From a virus (lineage: Duplodnaviria; Caudoviricetes), in IMG/VR virus record IMGVR_UViG_3300027815_000245, positions 1-42,775 of that record: DNA of 42,775 nt, one strand, 5' to 3'. The notes under the pieces are model-generated. The model saw only the letters and a list, made by a program, of their open reading frames with translations, was not told where the DNA came from and did no database searches. Below, one piece after another: positions 1 to 8,100 of the stretch (within the stretch, counting starts at the first letter, position 1; each line of letters opens with the position of its first letter). A program made the translations under genes and the position numbers.

Positions 1-199
1 GGCGACTCCTGATTTGCGTTTTGCGGCAAAGGGCGAAAAAGGTTGCCGAACGGCGCCGGCCGGGAAGTTCAGCGAACGGTGTGTGCCGGTCTGCAGCGCC
101 GAAATCCGCTATCACCCGCCGTTGATTTTAGTTGGATAATTGTATTTGAACCGGGGAAAAGGCGAGGGTTGGGACAAGAACAGAAATAGCCGTTGAAAT

Positions 200-275
<76 letters not shown>

Positions 276-318
276 TATTTTTTCGTGATTCCGGCGCCGA
301 ATGTCGCCTGTAAGTTCG

Positions 319-389
319 TGTAAGTTCGCGCTCGATTTGGCACTAATTCGCGCTCGATTTGGCACTGACTAAAAACGCCAATTTCGGGC
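319..389 (+). repeat. Prophage right end (attR): terminal TG, two tandem transposase-binding sites and a possible inverted third site
   Basis: TGTAAG at 319, then identical 20-mers TTCGCGCTCGATTTGGCACT at 325-344 and 347-366 (22-bp period, like Mu R1/R2); degenerate inverted copy CGCCAATTTCGGGC at about 376-389 (like Mu R3). Confidence 0.8.
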
Positions 390-498
390 CATTTAACGCC
401 CCGATTAACCCCCTTCGGGCGCCCCGATGACCCTCCAACCAACGTCCCGCGGCAGGCGTTAAACTGCGCGATTCCGGTCCAGCCTGGGGAGGTCTGAC

Positions 499-966
499 TT
501 GCCTTACACCGTGTTTCTGAGCCACAGCATGGCGCCGGAGGATCAACCGATCATCCAGTCCATCTTCGACAACATCCACGCCGTGGGAGCCCAATGCTAT
601 ATGGCCGAGCGCGACTGGATGTTCGGTCATTCACTGGGTGAAAAACTTGAAGCGCGGCTGACGGCAAGTGACTGCCTGGTGGCCGTACTGACGAAGGGCG
701 GCTCTGGTTCGCCGTACGTGAACCAAGAGATCGGAATGGCGAACGCGCTCAAGAAACTCGTCATCCCCGTCGTTGAGAAAGGCGTTGACCTTCGCGGCTT
801 CCAAGTCGGGGTGGAATGGCTGGAACTCGACCGCGCGAACCCGCAGGAATTTCTTACAAAGCTGAACCCGTACATCGTTCGTCTGGCAGCGGCGAAGGAA
901 AAATCCAACATCATTGCCTGGAGTCTGTTGGCCGGCTTTGCCGCGCTGGCGCTCAAATCTAAGTAG
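499..966 (+). CDS. TIR-domain protein (TIR_2/ThsB-like) with C-terminal hydrophobic helix; candidate anti-phage moron
   Basis: VFLSHS beta-A motif; SDCLVAVLT; SPYVNQEIG with the catalytic Glu; KLVIPV; C-terminal IIAWSLLAGFAALALK; GGAGG RBS before the TTG start. Confidence 0.85.
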   Translation: MPYTVFLSHSMAPEDQPIIQSIFDNIHAVGAQCYMAERDWMFGHSLGEKLEARLTASDCLVAVLTKGGSGSPYVNQEIGMANALKKLVIPVVEKGVDLRGFQVGVEWLELDRANPQEFLTKLNPYIVRLAAAKEKSNIIAWSLLAGFAALALKSK

Positions 967-2110
967 CGCCCGAGGGGCCTCGCGCCCCCTCGTCTGCGCC
1001 CAAATATCGAAACCCCTGCACCGCCCTGAAGTGCCCGCCATACCCACCGCCGTGTGCGCCCTTCCCGGAGCGCTCCTGGCTGCGCTTGATTGACGCCTTC
1101 GACCTTGCCCGGCTGTCCCCATGCAACTTGCCACTGACCTGCGTCCACAGCGGGCTGCGTCGTAGTGCCGCGGCGAGCCCCGGGTGCGAGGTATGGAACA
1201 GGCTGCGCATCGGCTTGCCGTAGCGGTTCTCGCCCTGCCTCCAGCGTTCGCATACCGCATCCAGGAAGCGCAGACCGACGCCGGCGCCTTGCCACTCGGG
1301 CATCACCACCAGGCGGCACGCACGGGCCTCGATCATGCCCTGGCGGGTCGATACGGCCACGTGCGCGACCAGTTCGCCGTCCACTGTGCCGACGTAGTTG
1401 GTCGCCGCGATCATTTTCGGCAGCTTCAGATAGTGATGCGGCTCAAACAGCGGCCAGTAACGCCAGTCCGTCTGCCATAGTTCCAGGTCGAATCGAGGGC
1501 GCCGCCAAAGCCCCCTCCCGGAGAATCTTCCGGTCCCGGCGTCGAAGATCCAGTCGGGCTCCAGCCAGTCGATGATGTCGTAGTGGCAAGAGAGGAGGAC
1601 ACATTGTCCGCCGGTGCGTCGCCACGCCTTCTGGAACGCGAGGGCGCCGACCTTGGCGATCTGGCGATCCACCACCGAGCTGAACTCGTCGATGACAACG
1701 CGCGCGGGTGCGTCGCAGATCACCCGGGCAAGATCCGCGCGGAAGCGCTCGCCATTTGACAGCACCGCGTAGGGCCGCAGCCATGCTGGAACGCTGCCAA
1801 GGCCCACCGAGGCGAGGGCCGCGGTCACCGCGTCGAACTCCCCGCGCGGCGCGATTGCGTCGACTATAGGCCGGCGTTCGGGCCACGCGGGGCAATACAT
1901 CGCCTCGGCTCCCCACAGCTGGCGGCCGAGGCTGGATTTGCCCGATCCACTCGGGCCTACGATGAGACCGACGCGCCAGTCGTTGTCGTCTATCGGCAGC
2001 TCGGCCGACAGCTCGAAGTTCGCGCCTGTCTCGACGTTAAAGAGCGACTTCACGCGGGCCGAGCGGTACGACTGGAAGTCACTGCAGCGATGGCGCACGT
2101 CGATCTTCAT
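959..2110 (-). CDS. Soluble ABC-family ATPase fused to a Mom-like GNAT acyltransferase; putative DNA modification enzyme at the mom locus
   Basis: Walker A GPSGSGKS, signature LSNGE, Walker B VVIDEF, H-loop LSCH; HHYL; GNAT acyl-CoA motif RLVVMPEWQGAGVG; ATG at 2110 overlaps the upstream stop (ATGA). Confidence 0.85.
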   Translation of the reverse strand: MKIDVRHRCSDFQSYRSARVKSLFNVETGANFELSAELPIDDNDWRVGLIVGPSGSGKSSLGRQLWGAEAMYCPAWPERRPIVDAIAPRGEFDAVTAALASVGLGSVPAWLRPYAVLSNGERFRADLARVICDAPARVVIDEFSSVVDRQIAKVGALAFQKAWRRTGGQCVLLSCHYDIIDWLEPDWIFDAGTGRFSGRGLWRRPRFDLELWQTDWRYWPLFEPHHYLKLPKMIAATNYVGTVDGELVAHVAVSTRQGMIEARACRLVVMPEWQGAGVGLRFLDAVCERWRQGENRYGKPMRSLFHTSHPGLAAALRRSPLWTQVSGKLHGDSRARSKASIKRSQERSGKGAHGGGYGGHFRAVQGFRYLGADEGARGPSGAT

Positions 2111-2274
2111 ACGGTCACCACCTTGCACTCCAGCCCGCGCCGGCGCAGCACGTTGTAGGTGCGCGCCTGATGCTTTTCGTTCTTGCAGATGACGATCACG
2201 CCGTACTGCTCGCGGTATCGAAATCCGTTGCGGCCGGGGGCCGGCCGCGACTTACTTTTTTCGCTTGCCTTCAT
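2107..2274 (-). CDS. 55-aa basic protein (absent from the ORF track), coupled to the ABC-GNAT gene
   Basis: MKASEKSKSRPAPGRNGFRYREQYGVIVICKNEKHQARTYNVLRRRGLECKVVTV*; AGGAG SD upstream; its stop overlaps the next ATG. Confidence 0.75.
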   Translation of the reverse strand: MKASEKSKSRPAPGRNGFRYREQYGVIVICKNEKHQARTYNVLRRRGLECKVVTV

Positions 2275-2437
2275 GCGTCGATGCTCCTGCGTTCGACGCT
2301 CCAGGGCGTTCGGGTAGGGGACTCTTGGCGGCCCTCAGATGGTTGAGTGTGCCGCAACGCGGGCACTTGATCTCAAGCACCTCGTATTCTCCTACGCCGA
2401 GTTTTCTACAGCAATTGCCGCATCGAATGTCCTCCAT
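2252..2437 (-). CDS. com: Mu Com-family zinc-ribbon translational activator
   Basis: IRCGNCCRKLG...LEIKCPRCGTLN is the typical Com pattern; located at the end of the late operon. Confidence 0.9.
   Translation of the reverse strand: MEDIRCGNCCRKLGVGEYEVLEIKCPRCGTLNHLRAAKSPLPERPGASNAGASTHEGKRKK
2275..2311 (-). promoter_or_regulatory. Com-binding site overlapping a translation-inhibitory hairpin
   Basis: mRNA GAACGCCCUGGAGCGUCG (2311-2294) resembles the Mu Com target (recalled as GAAUGCCUGCGAGCAUCC); competing stem GCGUCGA/UCGACGC encloses the AGGAG SD and abuts the AUG at 2274. Confidence 0.75.
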
Positions 2438-2472
2438 GCGTGAGCCTCAATCCCTTGTGCTAGGCTCCCTCC

Positions 2473-2577
2473 GCCGCGATCGTGGTGGGGGGCCTTGTCC
2501 TGGCTCACAGGCAGTTCTGTGGGTTAAGGGGCCGACGCGGTGTTAGTAGCACTGCGTCGGTCGCCCCTCTTTTTTTC
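2473..2577 (+). ncRNA. Putative antisense sRNA against the late-transcript region just upstream of com
   Basis: Extended -10 TGcTAGGCT at 2458-2466; 13-bp stem at 2532-2560 with G-U pairs valid only on the + strand; outer AGGGG/CCCCT stem; T7 tail at 2570-2576. Confidence 0.55.
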
Positions 2578-2581
2578 CTTC

Positions 2582-3088
2582 TCAGCCCTCCGGCTTTCCG
2601 CTTCGCCGCCTCCGCCAGGCCATCAGCTCCCGCGCCGATCGCGGCAGGATCGTTCCCTGCGAGTTCAGCGCGTCGAGCAGATCGAGCAGCACCTCTGACG
2701 GGTTGACCGGGCACGGGTCCGGGTCCACCACTGCCGGTCGTCCCAGAGGCATAAACGCCCCCTGCGTATAGCGATACTTGCCTGGCTCCAGATCACAGCG
2801 CCACGGCAGCACCACGTGCGCCTCAGTGAGCGCCTCGCGTGCGATCGGCTCGCAGCCGAGATACAACCCATCCTCGGCGAGCTGCGCCACCCAGACGATC
2901 GGCTCCCAAGCACCGACCTGATCGCCCTGATCGCTCAAGCGGAACCAGCGCAACGCGCCGGGCTCCGCCTCGATCCCGTCGGGGATCGGCCAGCATTGCT
3001 CTGCCACGTCCTGGTTCATCGGCTCGTCTTGCTCGATCACGGCGAGCAACACCCCGTCGCGGTCGATTTTCCCCACGCGCGCGGTCAT
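2582..3088 (-). CDS. Hypothetical tail-module protein, possibly a tail-fibre assembly chaperone
   Basis: ATGA-coupled to the upstream gene; two internal EPGxxR(W/Y) repeats. Confidence 0.55.
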   Translation of the reverse strand: MTARVGKIDRDGVLLAVIEQDEPMNQDVAEQCWPIPDGIEAEPGALRWFRLSDQGDQVGAWEPIVWVAQLAEDGLYLGCEPIAREALTEAHVVLPWRCDLEPGKYRYTQGAFMPLGRPAVVDPDPCPVNPSEVLLDLLDALNSQGTILPRSARELMAWRRRRSGKPEG

Positions 3089-3327
3089 GGCAGCGCCTCC
3101 ACCCATTCGCCGCACCGTTCGGTGGCACCCACCACGGGCGCCGCCGTATAGTCGCGCGGCACCAGATCAATCGCTGGCCCGCCCTGGCCCGCACGCGCCA
3201 CCGCCGGAGCCTGCCTTGGCGCCGGTTGCAGCACCACCGTCACCCGCGGCGGAAACCGCCAGCAGTACCGATGCGCTTCATTGCCTGAGATCGGGCGCGC
3301 GTGGCCGCAGTTGCCGCAGGTGCTCAT
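3085..3327 (-). CDS. Small 4-Cys metal-binding protein (CxxC...CxRFPP...CGEW)
   Basis: Cys spacing; ATGA overlaps on both sides. Confidence 0.65.
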   Translation of the reverse strand: MSTCGNCGHARPISGNEAHRYCWRFPPRVTVVLQPAPRQAPAVARAGQGGPAIDLVPRDYTAAPVVGATERCGEWVEALP

Positions 3328-3623
3328 GCGGTAGGTGCCGGCTTCGGTGCCGAAGGATCGCTCACCGGAATTTCCGGCGGCGGCGGCACGTAATCCGGAT
3401 CATCGATGAGCACCCGCGCTACCGGGTCCACCCTCTTGCCCGGCGGCAACGACTCCAGTTCCGTTTCGAACGCCCCGAAGCGGCGCCCCCCGATCGACAG
3501 CGTGCCCGGCTCCGCACCCTCGCCGAACACGGCAATCAACATCTCGATCTCCGAATGCGCGCGCGAGTCCGAGCGCAGTCCCTCGATCCGCCCGGTCGTC
3601 TTCCGATACACAATGAACATCAT
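3324..3623 (-). CDS. Hypothetical tail-module protein
   Basis: GGAGAG RBS; coupled overlaps; Pro-rich C-terminus. Confidence 0.6.
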   Translation of the reverse strand: MMFIVYRKTTGRIEGLRSDSRAHSEIEMLIAVFGEGAEPGTLSIGGRRFGAFETELESLPPGKRVDPVARVLIDDPDYVPPPPEIPVSDPSAPKPAPTA

Positions 3624-3985
3624 CGCGTTCTCTCCAATAGCGGTGCCGAGAGCGTCAACGGATCGACGCCCTGCGGCACCTGGTTAGGGTCCAGAATTTC
3701 GTCGGGACAATCTTTGCGGTGCAGCGCGTGGCAGCACAGCGCGAGCGTCCCGGCCTCCAGCGCGGTCAGCTGGTGGACCACGCCTTTTCTAATCAGGATC
3801 ATGTTCGGCGCGCTATATTCACTCGCCAGCACGCCTGCGATCTCGACCCGCAGCCGGCCCGCGGCGAGCACCGTGAAATGATCGTAACTGTGCGAGTGGC
3901 CTTGTTCCACGTCGCCCGCGCGCCGAAAGTGCATCTGGCGCAGGTAGAGATTACCGGCGCACCCCACCTTGATCTCAGGCGCCAT
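3620..3985 (-). CDS. Cupin-fold protein
   Basis: GHSHSYDH metal motif plus IRKGVVHQL second motif; ATG at 3985 overlaps the upstream TGA. Confidence 0.8.
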   Translation of the reverse strand: MAPEIKVGCAGNLYLRQMHFRRAGDVEQGHSHSYDHFTVLAAGRLRVEIAGVLASEYSAPNMILIRKGVVHQLTALEAGTLALCCHALHRKDCPDEILDPNQVPQGVDPLTLSAPLLERTR

Positions 3986-4452
3986 CAGGTGATTCCCACA
4001 CCGAGGTAGTGATAGTCGCCCAACCAATAGAACGTGCCTCCGTAGGTGGAATACGCCGTTGTAAACGGATCCGCGACGTATGGGATCTTCACCGCCGTAT
4101 TGGGGCCGACGACGAGTTTTGATCGGAGTTTCGCTGCCCCGGAATTCCCGCCCGCCATAGCGTGCAACACCGCGCTGCTGAGCGTGATTGCGTTAGCTGC
4201 CGCACTACCAAACACCGTAATGGAATTGCTATCCCCGTCGCCGCGCTCTCCCGGTAATTGCACGTGTATATTCAGTCCGCCGTTTGCTTGGCCGGTGCAA
4301 TAGAAAGCAAACGCCAGAAGCAACTGGAACATAAACCCCGCTGTATTGGGCGTGGTGAACACCGTGATCTCGTTCGAGGTGATGCCGCTGTTGGTGGTGT
4401 GCGCCGCATTGGACGACACCACGCCTTGACCGCCTGATGTGGATGTAGGCAT
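3985..4452 (-). CDS. Putative receptor-binding/tail-fibre distal module
   Basis: Follows the tail-fibre gene; rich in Gly/Ser/Thr/Asn and beta-forming residues; lower GC than its flanks. Confidence 0.55.
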   Translation of the reverse strand: MPTSTSGGQGVVSSNAAHTTNSGITSNEITVFTTPNTAGFMFQLLLAFAFYCTGQANGGLNIHVQLPGERGDGDSNSITVFGSAAANAITLSSAVLHAMAGGNSGAAKLRSKLVVGPNTAVKIPYVADPFTTAYSTYGGTFYWLGDYHYLGVGIT

Positions 4453-4460
4453 GTGATCCT

Positions 4461-5138
4461 CTAGAAAAGTTTCAAAAGATTGAAAACAAGCGCCGGCCCG
4501 GCCGCGTCAACCGCCGATGCGTTGCCGCCTGCAACCAACTGCCAGCGCGTGTTGGCCAGTTCGTACGCCAAGCCGATGATGGCGTTGGCCTTGATGCGCC
4601 CGGCGACCAGCGCCGTGCCGTCCACCTCGACTACCGATTGCGCACCCAGCGCCTGCAAGTTGAAGGTGGTGGCGCCGGTGTTCGCCGCGATCGCGCGCAC
4701 CCACACCAGCATTTTGTCCACGCGCGTGGTGACGGCCGGCGTGAGCGAGACCGCGATCGCATTCGCCGCGCCGGTATCGGTGGCGGCGCACACCGCGTTG
4801 TCCTGCGCCTGGCCGGCGGCGAGCGCTTGCGTGCGCGCGGCGGCGTTGGCGACCGAGAACACCTGCGCCGCGCTCCCGGCCAGCGCCGCATACACCGCAT
4901 CGAACCCCAGGCGCGTGACATCGAGCGTGCCGATGGTGACCCAGGCGGTGTTGGCGATATTGCGGATTTTCAACAGGTTCGCCGTGGTGTCCGGCCACCA
5001 CATCAAGGGAAAGGTCGGGCTCGGCGCAGCCGTGCCCATGCTGTTCTGCGCCAACGCCTTGAGTGCGTTGTTCAGGTCGGCGCGGAATGCCGGGAAGGTT
5101 TGATTGGCAACGTCGAAATCGTGTTGATAGACCGGCAT
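4461..5138 (-). CDS. Short tail fibre protein (N-terminal attachment part)
   Basis: QHDFDVANQTFPAFRADLNNAL...WWPDTT..LKIRN N-terminus and DTGAANA...ANTGATT domain typical of tail fibres; directly downstream of J. Confidence 0.75.
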   Translation of the reverse strand: MPVYQHDFDVANQTFPAFRADLNNALKALAQNSMGTAAPSPTFPLMWWPDTTANLLKIRNIANTAWVTIGTLDVTRLGFDAVYAALAGSAAQVFSVANAAARTQALAAGQAQDNAVCAATDTGAANAIAVSLTPAVTTRVDKMLVWVRAIAANTGATTFNLQALGAQSVVEVDGTALVAGRIKANAIIGLAYELANTRWQLVAGGNASAVDAAGPALVFNLLKLF

Positions 5139-8100
5139 CTAGGCCACCTTCATCCCGTAGCCGCGTGAGAAATAGTTCCCCGTGCGCGCCACGCCTTGCC
5201 CCAGGTTGTTTAAGACCTGCATGGTGAAGCCGGTTGCGCTGACCCCCGTCACCTGGAGCGCATCGCCGGTCTGCGTGTTCACGACCGTTACGCCGACGCT
5301 TGGCGCGGCGAAGTACGCATAGGCGAACGTCACGGTCTTACCACCGGCCGGAATCGCTACCAGCAGATCGGATTCGAGTCGATCGGGCATGTCCACTTCC
5401 ACGCGCAGCTCGCGCACGCCGGCGTTGTGATAGATGTCGCCGCTTGCCACCTGTAACTGGAACTTGTAGCCGCGGCACTGATAATCCCCCGAGACGAACT
5501 CTTGCCACGCGCTCCAGGTCGGGCTGCCCGCAGGATCGTCATTGGTGGTGGCCACGTAAATCTTGGTCGAGACGTCCGTCACATCGAGGTCGGCCGGGTC
5601 CTCCGAGAAAATATCCACGGCCAGCCGCGCCGTCACCCGCGAGGTGAACACGCCGCCCAGATCCACCGCGGCGCTGAAATCGTAGCTGCCGGCCGGCTTG
5701 TAGCCGCCGCCGCCATCGAACTTAACCGTCACGTCGTCGAAATTGCCGGCGATCGAATCGAACAACAGATCGCCCGCCAGTTGCAGCCGCGCCCCGATCA
5801 CCTCCATGTTCGCGAGCGTGCCGCTAAAGCCCGGGTCCTGGGTGCTGGTGGTGATCACGTTCATGCCGATGATGGCGGGCACGGTGGTGATGAATCCCGC
5901 CTCCGTCACGCTGGTGCGCAAACCCGAGTCGAGCGCCTTGATCAGATATTCGCCGGAGAGCGCCGGCACTTCCACCTGGGTGGCATTGCCCGGCGCCGTG
6001 CCGATTTTCACCGCGCTTGCCCAGACGGCCGAGCCGTCCGTCGCGGTCGAATGTCGTATCTCGAAGCTGCCGCCGAACTTCACATCGACCTCGGTATGCG
6101 CGTTCCATTTGAGCCGCACCGTGTTGGCCAGCACCTCGCCGGTGAAGCCGCTCACATCCGCGGGCCGAGCGCTCCAGCCGATCACGTTGTAGGTCAACGT
6201 GGCCGAGGTGTCCGCGCGCAGCGTGCCAAACGGGATCACTTCAATGGCCAGTACATCGAAGTCGTAGGCACTGAAATCGACATTGGACACGTTCGAGAAA
6301 GTGCCGATGGTCTGCTTCGGCCCGCCGTTCACGCCGACCAGCACCGTGCACGAGAGCGTGTTGCGCGCTTCCCAACTGATCGAGCAGCGCACCAGGCCAG
6401 GATTGTTCGCCACCAGCGTCTCGGTCACCTTGACACTACGCGCCTCCGGCTTCTGCCCGAAATCGGTCGGCGCGACGTAGGTGTAACCGGCCGTCTCGGC
6501 CGCGTAATAGGCGGCCTCCTCGTCGGTCGCCTGGACCTCGAACGCAAAGCCCTTTTGGCCTTGGTCGAGGAACCGCACCCCGGTGACTTTGCACAGCTTG
6601 CCCGGTGTCGGCCGCGGCCCGAACTGATACACAAAATCTCGGCCGTCGTCGCCAGCGCTCACCGCCGCGCCGCCGTAGATCGTGATCGTGTCCGAGGTCC
6701 CGACATCGGGGAAGCACTGATAAATGGTGTAGACGCCATCCTTGGCGCGAATGCCGATGTAATCGAGCGCGGTGCGCGGCACGGCGCGGTCAAGCTGCAG
6801 CACCGTGGTACTGATCCAGCGCACCACCCGCCCGCCGTAATCCCACTGCGTCATGTCGTGCGAGAGCGCAATCACGTCGCCGCGCTGCACCACCAGCCCT
6901 TCCACGTCGGTCTCGAAAGCGATCTGGCGGCGCCGGTAGAACTGCGCGGCCGCCCGCAGGGCCACTTCCTTTCCGGCCATCGCCTTGTCGGCGCAGCCGA
7001 ACAGATCGATAGTCGCCGTCTGCGTCGCCAGGGCCACCCCGGGCATCAATGCCCGGACCTCGTCCTGTTGCCAGTCGATGAGCGGATTAACGAAGCGCAG
7101 GACGATCTCATCGGCGAGTTTCTCGGCGACGTAGCCGACGCGGAAACTCCCGGCGCGGATGTTCGCCGGACCGAACACGGCCACCGTGGGCTGGGCGGCC
7201 TGATCGTAGATGACACCAGGCTTTCCGGCGGCATAGGTGATGGTGGCGCGCCCGCAGGCCGCGACCGTATCCAGCGCAGCTTTGAGCGTCTGCGCGCTGT
7301 CCAGGACCGCGTTGAAGGTCAGCCCCTTCGTCGTACACCAGGCGCCCCACGCTTTGATCGACGCCAGATCCAGGTCTGCGTCGGCCAGCCCGCCGCCGAA
7401 CATGCGCCGGCCGCTGTCATCGTTCACCCCGCGCAACAGCGCGCGCAATAGCCAGGCCGGGTTGGAGGTAGTGGCCGCTGCCCAGGCCGCGCCGGTCCAG
7501 GCCTCCCAGCGCGTCGTCGCCAGCGCCGAGAGCCGCTCCAGTTGGCCGGAGAGCTGGCCGCTCGCCTTGATCTTCACCGCGAGCCGCCGCTGCCCCTTGT
7601 AGGTCGCGGGGTCCGGCTGGTAGGTGCGCAGTTGCGTCCACGAAAAAATGGCCATTCGTTGACCGGTGAAGACCCCGGAAGTCTGCTTCACCCGCACGTC
7701 GTAGGCCTGCGTGCCGGGCAGGCCATCCACGCGATAGGTCTTGCGAAACGTCTTACGGTCCGCGTTCGAGATCGTGACGGTTTTGGCGTTGCCGACGAAC
7801 GGGATCCAGTTGCCGGAGCTCGCGACGGCATATTCGATTTCCCACGTCACGGACTGCAACTCAAGCACCCCGGCGTCATTGGTCACATACAACTGCCCGA
7901 CCAGGTCGATCGCCAGCGCCATCGCGTTCGAGCTTGATGAGCGCGTGACGGCGACGTTCTGCGCAAGATCGGCGCCGGCGGCCGTATCGACGTTGGCCGC
8001 AACGAGCGACAGCGCCCCGGTGTCGGTGATGGTGCACCACCAGGTGTCGCCGGCCACATAGGCCACCGTGCCATCGATGACGCGAAGCGCAATCTGGTTG

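Noticed and set aside
325-366. 20-bp direct repeats as a mini CRISPR array
   Set aside because: Only a 2-nt gap, no spacers and no cas genes; the geometry matches transposase end sites
959-2128. ABC transporter ATP-binding subunit
   Set aside because: No permease or binding protein; fused to a GNAT and placed under Com control
2582-5138. Invertible G segment or diversity-generating retroelement at the tail fibre
   Set aside because: No invertase, reverse transcriptase, inverted ends or TR/VR pair seen
5502-7451. Long + strand ORFs (also 10189-11937, 26188-27759, 37974-39254 and others)
   Set aside because: Antisense shadows of high-GC genes on the - strand, with no recognisable motifs
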